Of a DNA stretch of 64,000 bases, positions 35,713 through 44,353 are shown one piece after another; position 1 is the first letter of the stretch; each line of letters opens with the position of its first letter. The stretch is from the NCBI GenBank assembly GCA_005776395.1, contig SXPJ01000019.1, forward strand, positions 848-64,847, in the 5' to 3' direction. The position numbers and the translations under genes are program-made. The DNA is from Bdellovibrionales bacterium (lineage in GTDB: Bacteria; Bdellovibrionota; FAC87; UBA2466). The notes under the pieces were generated by a model. It did no database searches. It was not told the origin of the DNA and saw only the letters and a program-made list of their open reading frames with translations.

Positions 35713-38333
35713 GGGCAGGCCTCCTTTTCTTCACAGGAAGGAAAGGCATATTCATCATCCCCCGTCCATTTTTGAAAATGGCAGGTTCGCATAATACGGT
35801 GTTTAGAGCACTTATCTGGCCCCACAACACACCTACTGTTGAAGGCGGAGACCGAACCGTAAAACTCAACCTCGCCCCCTCCCCATGGAAGGATGCAGGA
35901 AAGTTTCTGGAAAGGTGCAATATTCACATTGATTTTATTCATTCTGCACTTGCTAAAGCTTAAGCAAATCCCATCACCGCCGCCGTCCCTCAACCCCGTT
36001 CGCCGCTTGATACCAAATCCTGGGCCCTCATCATTCCCACCGCCCCCCCCTGTACCTCCACCCTCGCCATCATCCGTCTGATCCGTACAGGTTACTGAAG
36101 GATACTTAGTGAGTTCTGCCCCAGTCCACGTGCCCCCCTCCTGACAGGTAATTACTGCAGATATGGAATTACAGATTGTACCGACCGGAGCCGGATCCGA
36201 TTGAAACACCTTTAATGTCTTTCCAAAGGGGGTCTTCACGCCAAGATAATCACAATTACAAACTGACGGTTTACAGGTTGGGAAGATATATCGAGTGGTA
36301 TCGTAGCTGGATAACTTTCCATTGGTACAGGTCACCAATGCTGAATTTCCTGTCTCCTGACAGGCCGTGGGAGCAGCACAGTCTGCCTTATCTAATGAAA
36401 ATATTCGGATTGTTCTTCCGTTATCAATGGTTCCTCCCCAAGGGACCGAGCAACCACACGGAATCATCTCGCAGGATTTATACTTGTACAGCGAAGGGCT
36501 ATCCCCCTTACTACTGCTTGCACCAGCGATTGAGCAGCTTAAGGTCGCTTTAGCATCATCGCAGCCATTGAGATTACAGTTGGTCACTTTGTCAGTGGTA
36601 TAAAAATTGGGGTTCGACTGTCCAAACTTAATAATATTTCCATTTACGTTGCAGTCGCAGTTTTTAGCCGTACACGAGCTAGCGGAGGTGTATTGCGCCA
36701 ACTCCGTATTTGTAACAGCAACCAGTGTAGATCCGACGCGTTTTTTAAATACCCTATCCTCACAGGTTAGTTGCAAGTTAACACATGCCTCTCCGCAAGC
36801 GGGGGTTGAGGTCTTCGAAACATTTAACTTAGCCAAATGGGCCACTTCAACCTTCTGACCTGCTCCATCGGTGAAGGTACAGGAAAGCTTATTGATGATA
36901 CAATTTTTGTACTTAAAAATGCCGGCATCGTAAACGGGGGTCAGGACTTTATTGGCGCAGCTAACCTGTATTTGATAGGCTGAATTAGTACAGGCATCCG
37001 GAACTGCCAAACTATTTTGACTAAACTGGTGAAGGGTAGTGACACCCCCATTAGCAAGTAATAACGATGATCCATCGTCTAACGGGATTCGACAACCACA
37101 GTCCTCCTGTTCACAACTATCCGCACTATAATTAAGATAACTAGCGTTTACCGACGATAAACTTCCCGCAGCGCAGGTCACGGCTCCAGCAAAATCCAAA
37201 CAACGCTCGGTACAGCTGACTAATGGCTTGCTATAAACCGGCTTTGACTGCCCGTCCGCAACAACATCGCGGCCTGGTCGCACGCAATGGCACACGCGCT
37301 TGGTACAAGTATGGGCAGGATACTTTTGTAACTCCTCGATGCTCAACACTTGCGCCGGAGTTCCCGTTTCCCATTTTCCGTCATTACAGGTGATTGACAG
37401 TCCATTGCAGTTTAATCCACATGCTGGATCGCTAAAATTAAAAACATCGGTGCTTGCATGATGTACGTAGCTGATCGTTTCGCCTGGTAACGTACAACCA
37501 CACACTGAATCGTTGCACTGGGGAAATTCATATTTCGGATCTCCCTGCCACAAACCATCATTACAATACCGAAGTAATGATTGCTGATTGCATTTCAAAT
37601 CACAACTTGAACCCTGAGTCTTATAATAAACCTTCCCTTGTCCATGCGCGATAAACTCCCCCGTTTTGTGTAAGACTTCACAAGAAGCACAGACTCCGCC
37701 TACGCAAGCCCGCTTCACCACTTGTCCGGCCTTGATTTCCTCATTCTGACTCAAATCAGAACAGGGCAAACATGTAGCCCGGTTCTGCCGAGGGCAAAAG
37801 GGACATTCGGGTGGTTGTACATAAAACTCTAATTTATTAATGGTCTCATCCGCAAAAGATGGATCAAAAGAAAATTCCAATTCAGCATTACACCCCCAGG
37901 GCAAATTACTAAACTTAAGCTCTTCTATCGTTCCTCCGCTCTCGCGTTTTCCTATAACTTGAAGGCTACTGGCCCTTAGCCCACAAAGCGTAAGTTCTTT
38001 ACACGGAATAGATTTATCAGAGACCTCAAGCGCATTAACCACAGCGCCACCGGGGCAAACTTCCCCCAGTTTTAAAGTCTCAGAAATTTTGGATTTCTCA
38101 CGACAGTAGAGCAAACGACCCGCAGGTACACTTTTTCGAATTACAACTTCATTGCCTTGCATGCACTGCGCTTGTCCCTGAGTAGTGGTATTTGAAACCA
38201 AAACCATTGTGGTTTGTTTATTTAGGGCGAAAATATCGAGGGCCTTCTGAAAGGCGTCAGAAATTTTGGCGCTACAGCCCGATAGCAAAGCTGCTGAAGC
38301 TAAAAAGCCTAGGGTATAAAGGTGTTTTCGCAC
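35709..38333 (-). CDS. cysteine-rich tandem-repeat lipoprotein (874 aa, about 10 modules plus a Gly-rich linker)
   Basis: The lipobox is ALLSGC. It has the same six-Cys module as its downstream paralogue, and both end in ...PSC.E..CP. The GTG start lies 3 nt after the S8 gene stop, preceded by AAGGGGG. Confidence 0.75.
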   Translation of the reverse strand: MRKHLYTLGFLASAALLSGCSAKISDAFQKALDIFALNKQTTMVLVSNTTTQGQAQCMQGNEVVIRKSVPAGRLLYCREKSKISETLKLGEVCPGGAVVNALEVSDKSIPCKELTLCGLRASSLQVIGKRESGGTIEELKFSNLPWGCNAELEFSFDPSFADETINKLEFYVQPPECPFCPRQNRATCLPCSDLSQNEEIKAGQVVKRACVGGVCASCEVLHKTGEFIAHGQGKVYYKTQGSSCDLKCNQQSLLRYCNDGLWQGDPKYEFPQCNDSVCGCTLPGETISYVHHASTDVFNFSDPACGLNCNGLSITCNDGKWETGTPAQVLSIEELQKYPAHTCTKRVCHCVRPGRDVVADGQSKPVYSKPLVSCTERCLDFAGAVTCAAGSLSSVNASYLNYSADSCEQEDCGCRIPLDDGSSLLLANGGVTTLHQFSQNSLAVPDACTNSAYQIQVSCANKVLTPVYDAGIFKYKNCIINKLSCTFTDGAGQKVEVAHLAKLNVSKTSTPACGEACVNLQLTCEDRVFKKRVGSTLVAVTNTELAQYTSASSCTAKNCDCNVNGNIIKFGQSNPNFYTTDKVTNCNLNGCDDAKATLSCSIAGASSSKGDSPSLYKYKSCEMIPCGCSVPWGGTIDNGRTIRIFSLDKADCAAPTACQETGNSALVTCTNGKLSSYDTTRYIFPTCKPSVCNCDYLGVKTPFGKTLKVFQSDPAPVGTICNSISAVITCQEGGTWTGAELTKYPSVTCTDQTDDGEGGGTGGGGGNDEGPGFGIKRRTGLRDGGGDGICLSFSKCRMNKINVNIAPFQKLSCILPWGGGEVEFYGSVSAFNSRCVVGPDKCSKHRIMRTCHFQKWTGDDEYAFPSCEEKEACP

Positions 38334-38336
38334 GAG

Positions 38337-41300
38337 CTATTTCCCCCTTCCGAAGGTTTCCACGGGTACCGTACGCGAGCCAAAATCGGAGAGTAGGTGT
38401 AGAATCATAACACCATCTTGAAAAAATCGAATATCGAAAGGAACGCTTTGCATTGCTAACGCCACAGAATCAATCTTGGCATTTTCAATAGGCCTTTCAT
38501 TCTTCTTGAGAAATGCCTGAATTTCTCCATTTATTTCTGGAGTCAGAGTCGAAATATTGTCCACTCGACTAGAAACCGGAAAACGAAAACCACAACCCCC
38601 TCCTTCATGAGTTCCACTCGCAATGACATCATTCCCGAGCATTTGACTGTAGGCCCCTATCGGGGTTTCGTATTTTTTCACCTCTCTCATCAGTTTTTCT
38701 ACTCGATAAGTTCTAAAAATATAATCACCGATGTATTTTTCCTTATCTAGTGGATAAGCAACAATCGATGGGGTGTAGTCCTCTCCCACATCGTACCAAT
38801 CCCAATACATTTCATAACCACGACGGACTGCATTTACACTTCCCCCCGTTCGATCTGCCAAATGCTTGCGATTTCCAGGGGCGACTTCAGGTCCACGATC
38901 TTGGACGTGAAAATGACCCACCTGTATACCATCCAACAAATCGCCCGTAAGCACCTCGCGAAACTGTTTTGCTCGGACCGCATCAAAATAGGCCTGTTCA
39001 TGGCCCGGAATAACATGCGTGCTAACTGTCGCATTCGGCCAGAAAGTTGGGTAGGTTCTGATATGTTCATCCATCAGTGTGCGCCCCAGCGGCAGTAATA
39101 TTTTCTCCAACCCCAAATTCCCAAGAGCACGTCTAAATCCAGTGCTGGAATCGTAGTAATCGGCCACGACATTTCTATCGGTGAACTCACTATCATAGAC
39201 ATCGGGGACACAATTATCACCGGTAGATAGGGAACACGGGTCACTGAAGTTGGGAAAGTCGGTTACTTTTTTCAATCGACACTGTAGGTTCCACCTACTA
39301 AAACTGAGTTCTACATGAATGGGTGAAGGGGAAACGCTGCATAGGCTTCCTGATACCAATACCGTATCCTCACCTCGGGTGAGCTGCACGTTTGACGGTA
39401 CCGTTTCTTGAAAATTCACTTCAGGAAACTGAAACTGCTCTTGATTGAACTGGTCTTTTAATTTGATCTTAGTAGCTGCACTACGAGGGCTAGTTGCTCT
39501 AATGGAAAATTTTTTGCCTTGCAGTGTTTTTTGGATAATGTCCTTTAGTGGGAATCCAAACTCAAATCCATGTGCGATCGTAAGGGTACGACATTTATCA
39601 AAAAACAGTGGATTCCCCTCTAATCCAGATTTATACACCGCTCTACCTGTTTGCCTCATGGAAAAACTATGGGCTACAAAAGGCCCCCCCCTACGCCCCA
39701 AAAAATCAAAAGATACCGAATGGTTCGGATTCATAAGTGAATAGGAATAGGAAAAACTAGTAGTTAGAGGAACTCCCGCCTCATCAATCATTTCCACTGA
39801 GGCGGGTTTATTATTTCCCTGTAGGCAAGCCCAGCCCTGAACATACAGATACTGCTGATCCGTACGAAGGTTGGTAACCTCTCCATAGAAAGGGGAGGCG
39901 TTTGTACTGAAATCAAAGTCCCTCACATTTACTTTTTGTACAGCATCCAGTCCAAAATTATTCTTAAACTTTCCATCACCATTGGGCACCCTATAGTAAA
40001 TAGCTACCGCCACATAAATATTAAGATCCGGATCGCTGCCATCCGGCAACATGGGAAGCAGTTCATTTCTAGAAAGTTTATAATTCATAGATCCGGAATT
40101 TGAGGGCAATCCAAAATCTTGAATTAAGCAAGGGGCGGAATAGTTACAACCCGGGCTCACATCAAACAACCCAATACGAGCCCCAAAATGGGTCGCCTCT
40201 AAATTCCATGTTGCAGAGAATGTGATCTCTGCCTGTTTGGTTGTTGTATTATAATAGGTGTTTTTATTCGAAATATTAATGGGCTGTTGCACCTCGCCGC
40301 TGTCTAGCAGATACTTGAGAAGTTTCCCCAGTTTCGACAAATCCAATACGGCACCATTTCGAATAAAGTTAGTCAGCGTACTGTCGTTTCGCGCGCCTTG
40401 TTTAGTCACCAAATACTCGACCATTTGTTCATCAAAACTTAGCCCATTATGTTTTAAGAATCCGATGGTCATGGCCACTGCGCCAGTTACGATCGGAGTA
40501 GAAAATGAAGACCCCTGTCCCACGCCAAAATCACCCGGAAGAAGGGCATAGCCCTGCGGAGTCGCACCCGTCGCTATCGTACTAGCGATCGAAGTTCCTG
40601 GAGCAAGAATCTTCACATGCTCAGGACTAAAATTAGAACCATGGGTTTCCTTATCCCCTTCCTCTAATTTTCCTGCGGGAGTTCCCCATCCTACAGTGAT
40701 AAAACCGGGGTATTGCTTGGCATAAACTGCCGGATACGATTCCTTTACTCTTAAATCGTCATAATGATTTCCTGCCGATACTACGATTACAGCCTTGCGA
40801 TTCAGTAAGCTCACGACAGCATTTCGAAGGGCGGGATCATCACTCGTAGCGCCACCCATAGATATATTAACCACTTCGGCACCCAGCTCTAACGCCCGCT
40901 GCATGGCATTTCCAATTTCAGTTGTCGTCGTTCGGCTATTACAATCCCCTACACTTAACGAAATGAGCTGAGCATTTCTGGCCACTCCAACTACACCTAG
41001 AGAATTCTGGCTCTTCGCCGCAATAATTCCTCCAACAAACGTTCCGTGGGTATTATTTGGAATTTCATTAGTATATGGAACGGCTCTACATTCAGGCGCC
41101 GACTTCGAGTAATTGGAACGCATATCCTCACGATGAATGACCCCCGGAAGTTCTGTAGAGGTCCCTAAATCAGCATGTGTTCCCACGCCAGTGTCGATCA
41201 CCGCAACTTTTACAGAATCCAAATTCCCCGGATAGAAATTAATTCCCGAAAGTTCAAAATTAACCGTGTCTAGATAACTCTGCTGATGGGAGCTATACAG

Positions 41301-41798
41301 AGGATCATTGAAGCCATTAGTTTGGTATACCGACTCATCCGAGATACCCATAATACATTCATCCTTATTCACCCAATCGCTAATTTGATTTCTAGTCATA
41401 GGAAGAGAAAGAGCAAAGGAATAGTATTGAATTTTTTGAATAGGATTTCGCTCCGGATGCCTATAAAAATAAAATGAAAGTGCTGTAGAATTCGACTCGG
41501 GGGTATAAACCCTGGTTAAGCACGTATTATCGACCACCGCCACAATATTGCTCTGAGTATTATTAAGTGATTGTTCTTCAGATGAATTGCCAGAGATCGC
41601 GGAACGGGCCCCATAGACATTCCGCACAAGTAAAACCTTACGGGCAACGAAAGGTGATTCGTAAGGTTCATGCGGAGCAAATTTGGGCAGGCTTTCCCAC
41701 TCTGACTTTTTCTTCTCGCAGGAAAGCAAGTTTAAAACCAGCACGCAAATACTAATGAACCCTACAAAACTTGAGATTCTATTTTTCAATAAAACCAT
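38337..41798 (-). CDS. S8 (subtilisin-like) serine peptidase lipoprotein with a ~700-aa C-terminal extension
   Basis: The lipobox is LNLLSC. The catalytic motifs are VAVIDTGV (Asp), NTHGTFVGGIIAA (His), NISMGG (oxyanion Asn) and GSSFSTPIVTGAVA (Ser), all within about residues 195-450 of 1153. Confidence 0.85.
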   Translation of the reverse strand: MVLLKNRISSFVGFISICVLVLNLLSCEKKKSEWESLPKFAPHEPYESPFVARKVLLVRNVYGARSAISGNSSEEQSLNNTQSNIVAVVDNTCLTRVYTPESNSTALSFYFYRHPERNPIQKIQYYSFALSLPMTRNQISDWVNKDECIMGISDESVYQTNGFNDPLYSSHQQSYLDTVNFELSGINFYPGNLDSVKVAVIDTGVGTHADLGTSTELPGVIHREDMRSNYSKSAPECRAVPYTNEIPNNTHGTFVGGIIAAKSQNSLGVVGVARNAQLISLSVGDCNSRTTTTEIGNAMQRALELGAEVVNISMGGATSDDPALRNAVVSLLNRKAVIVVSAGNHYDDLRVKESYPAVYAKQYPGFITVGWGTPAGKLEEGDKETHGSNFSPEHVKILAPGTSIASTIATGATPQGYALLPGDFGVGQGSSFSTPIVTGAVAMTIGFLKHNGLSFDEQMVEYLVTKQGARNDSTLTNFIRNGAVLDLSKLGKLLKYLLDSGEVQQPINISNKNTYYNTTTKQAEITFSATWNLEATHFGARIGLFDVSPGCNYSAPCLIQDFGLPSNSGSMNYKLSRNELLPMLPDGSDPDLNIYVAVAIYYRVPNGDGKFKNNFGLDAVQKVNVRDFDFSTNASPFYGEVTNLRTDQQYLYVQGWACLQGNNKPASVEMIDEAGVPLTTSFSYSYSLMNPNHSVSFDFLGRRGGPFVAHSFSMRQTGRAVYKSGLEGNPLFFDKCRTLTIAHGFEFGFPLKDIIQKTLQGKKFSIRATSPRSAATKIKLKDQFNQEQFQFPEVNFQETVPSNVQLTRGEDTVLVSGSLCSVSPSPIHVELSFSRWNLQCRLKKVTDFPNFSDPCSLSTGDNCVPDVYDSEFTDRNVVADYYDSSTGFRRALGNLGLEKILLPLGRTLMDEHIRTYPTFWPNATVSTHVIPGHEQAYFDAVRAKQFREVLTGDLLDGIQVGHFHVQDRGPEVAPGNRKHLADRTGGSVNAVRRGYEMYWDWYDVGEDYTPSIVAYPLDKEKYIGDYIFRTYRVEKLMREVKKYETPIGAYSQMLGNDVIASGTHEGGGCGFRFPVSSRVDNISTLTPEINGEIQAFLKKNERPIENAKIDSVALAMQSVPFDIRFFQDGVMILHLLSDFGSRTVPVETFGRGK

Positions 41799-42047
41799 CC
41801 AATATTTTATCGCCTATTGGCAGAATTCAGATGAAAGATTCCCCTAAATTATTATAGGTGATTTCAAAAACATCTCCCACGCCTCAATCTTCAAGTTTTG
41901 CACACAATCTTCACAATTCAACAGAACGCAAACAGAAAAAAAAGAATTGACCCAATACTTAAAGGGGCATTATCGATGATGTTTTGAGCAGTTTTTTAAT
42001 TAAAAATTCGTCTTAGAGGTAAAATTTGTATGAAAAAATTATATGCG

Positions 42048-43304
42048 CTAAAAACCAACTAACCCGTAGATTAAGTTCTGGCCAAAACTACGCTCGATCT
42101 CGAGTTCACTAATGGTTTTGAAGCCCTGAGTTCTCACTCCAACCCCCCAACCAATCGTGCCCGCACCTTTATGCAACAAGGAAATATCTGCCAAGTAATG
42201 GGAGCTAACCCCCTTGGATCCGAAACCGAAAGACATCACATCGAGGGCGATGACATAACCCTTTCCGAGAAACAATTCAAAGACACTCCCGACACCCAAT
42301 TGGCTAGCATTGATCCCAATTTGCGTAGTGTCGCTTGTATCATTCGTAACAACATAACCTAACTTGGGACGAATGATAAATGTCGACCCTAGGACAAATT
42401 GGTAATTTAGGTACACGGCAAACTGAGTAAAGGTGATTGCTTTATCGCTTTTACTAATTGGAATCGCAAAATCTAGATCTAGTGCCACCCCTAATCCACG
42501 CCAAAGCGGATAATGAGGAACCTTCAAAAGCAAGCTTGGCTTAGAATCCGAAATATCGATGTCTGGGCCGGAAATTTTAAGCATCGAAAAGCCCGCCCCC
42601 CCCATGAGAGTGATCGGCTGAATTTCCTCGTTTTTATCCTTGGGCTCTACATTTAACGACTCCAGTTGGAAGTCATATTCCTTCCCCTGAAAACGGAAGG
42701 TAAACTTCCCCAGAATCTTGGTTCCCGTTCGTGCGCTGCCAAGCTCATAATAGCGCCATAGTTCTCCCTTTCCTTTTGTTTCAAAGAGCGTGGCATTTTC
42801 AATATCGGCTTCTTTGGGGAAACTTAACATCAAGGCTTGAACTCCCTCCTTTGTTTCACAGCTTGTGCCGATATAAAAAGGAACTGCTTTAGCCATTGCT
42901 CGCAAAGCTATTTTTTTCGATTTGCAATTTTCATCAATAATTGGAGATGTCTCGTCAAATTTACCCGCTATCTCTAAGAACATTTTTTGAGTCGTGTTTT
43001 TGAGCAGAAACTTTTCATTTAGGCCGCCCAACTGCATGAAGATCTGCTCCCCCTTGATGAGGGCTTTTATATTCTTGTTTTGGGCTTTAACTTCCGTGTA
43101 GACCGCAAATTCTTGGGCTCGTAAACTTAGGGTGGGGGTTAAAACTCGGACTTTGTCCTTATTTAAAGTCCACGCCCACTTAAAACGCTGTTCCGTCTGA
43201 AAAGGGATACGTTTCAGGTTTTCTATCTTGTTTACCTGAATACGTAAGTCTGCGTGCAGAGAGAGGCTTAGTATGCTGAAAAAAAACAGAGTATATTGCG
43301 ACAT
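42048..43304 (-). CDS. outer-membrane beta-barrel-like protein
   Basis: The signal peptide is FFFSILSLSLHA. The C-terminal half has alternating-hydrophobicity strands, and the protein ends in ...IYGLVGF, an aromatic terminal residue typical of OMPs. Confidence 0.45.
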   Translation of the reverse strand: MSQYTLFFFSILSLSLHADLRIQVNKIENLKRIPFQTEQRFKWAWTLNKDKVRVLTPTLSLRAQEFAVYTEVKAQNKNIKALIKGEQIFMQLGGLNEKFLLKNTTQKMFLEIAGKFDETSPIIDENCKSKKIALRAMAKAVPFYIGTSCETKEGVQALMLSFPKEADIENATLFETKGKGELWRYYELGSARTGTKILGKFTFRFQGKEYDFQLESLNVEPKDKNEEIQPITLMGGAGFSMLKISGPDIDISDSKPSLLLKVPHYPLWRGLGVALDLDFAIPISKSDKAITFTQFAVYLNYQFVLGSTFIIRPKLGYVVTNDTSDTTQIGINASQLGVGSVFELFLGKGYVIALDVMSFGFGSKGVSSHYLADISLLHKGAGTIGWGVGVRTQGFKTISELEIERSFGQNLIYGLVGF

Positions 43305-43446
43305 AATGAAAACTCATTATTTTCGATTTTCGCGCTGTTTCCAAGCTTTATATTTATAAGGTCTGCATTTCACATACACAATCAACACAATTCCAACACA
43401 ATGATTTGCTGCTTTCAGAACATGATAAATTTTTCACAAATGGAGA

Positions 43447-43475
43447 CGCAAGTTCTCGTTTGCCGGTGTCGATAA
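43447..43475 (+). promoter_or_regulatory. possible sigma-28 (FliA)-type promoter upstream of the motA-like gene
   Basis: gcAAGTTc-N12-GTCGATAA compared with the consensus TAAAGTTT-N11-GCCGATAA. It ends about 30 nt upstream of the ATG at 43506. This is a motif match only. Confidence 0.3.
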
Positions 43476-43505
43476 GCTATACGGTAGTAAATATAGAGGG
43501 ACACA

Positions 43506-44345
43506 ATGAATTTAAGTTCAATGATTGGTTTTTTGGCTGCAGGGCTCACTCTATGGATTACGGTCATTGCAGACTCTCCAAACCCTCATGCCCTTTTAGA
43601 ATTAAAGGGCATGCTTTTGGTCATTGGCGGAACCTTTAGTGCTGGACTGATTATTTTCCCCTTTTCCAAGCTTGTTGAACTAAATAAGTTTTTATTCTGG
43701 GGGGTACTGCTTAAGCGCACTCCAAATTTAAGACAGTTAGCAAAGGAAATCATTGCCGCCGCGAGCTTAGATAAAAAAGAACACTATTTACTACCCATCT
43801 GTCCCAGCAGCCATCCCTTTTTAACCGAGGGATTTAAATTACTTTCTGAAAATACTTTAGGAGAACATGATTTACAGGAGGTCTTGAATCGCAGGAGTCA
43901 GTATTTTAAACAAAGGTACGTCAATGACGCTAAAATGCTATCGATACTTGCAAAATTTCCCTCTTCATTCGGAATGCTGGGCTCTACTGTCGGATTGATC
44001 GATATGATGTCTAATTTAGGAAAAAATGGCCACGACGGGATCGGCCCTGCTATGGCGATGGCACTGGTTGCCACATTTTGGGGGCTCGTTTTCACGTACA
44101 TGATTTTTATGCCACTTTCAGATTATGCGATTCGACTCAATGGAGAAGATGGCATTATTCGGCAACTCATTGTCGAGGGCATCTTGATGGTCAAGCGAGG
44201 CGAGGATCCCAAGATAGTCCTAGACAAAGTTAATGGTTTCTTGGCTTTGGAAGAGCGCTTAAATTTTCGTAATGTGCGCATTCCTGATAACTATTGGCAA
44301 GAGGCCAAGGAAGAGATCTCCAAGCTCAAAAGAAAAGCAGGCTAA
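43506..44345 (+). CDS. motA: MotA/PomA-type stator proton-channel subunit
   Basis: Four TM segments with a large cytoplasmic loop. Contains FPSSFGMLGSTVGLIDMM and GPAMAMALVATFWGLVFTYMIFMPL, the MotA/TolQ/ExbB signature. An AGAGGGA RBS is present. Confidence 0.8.
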   Translation: MNLSSMIGFLAAGLTLWITVIADSPNPHALLELKGMLLVIGGTFSAGLIIFPFSKLVELNKFLFWGVLLKRTPNLRQLAKEIIAAASLDKKEHYLLPICPSSHPFLTEGFKLLSENTLGEHDLQEVLNRRSQYFKQRYVNDAKMLSILAKFPSSFGMLGSTVGLIDMMSNLGKNGHDGIGPAMAMALVATFWGLVFTYMIFMPLSDYAIRLNGEDGIIRQLIVEGILMVKRGEDPKIVLDKVNGFLALEERLNFRNVRIPDNYWQEAKEEISKLKRKAG

Positions 44346-44353
44346 AGTAAATT

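Noticed and set aside
33526-41798. The protease plus Cys-rich genes interpreted as a RiPP/lanthipeptide or gasdermin-type cluster.
   Set aside because: The Cys-rich products are 700-900-aa lipoproteins, not short precursors. No LanB/C/M, radical SAM or ABC exporter genes are present, and there is no gasdermin-sized (~250 aa) partner.
43406-43639. 77-aa plus-strand ORF overlapping the motA-like start.
   Set aside because: It is out of frame with, and overlapped by, the well-supported motA-like gene, which has a good RBS at 43506. Its sequence is not protein-like.
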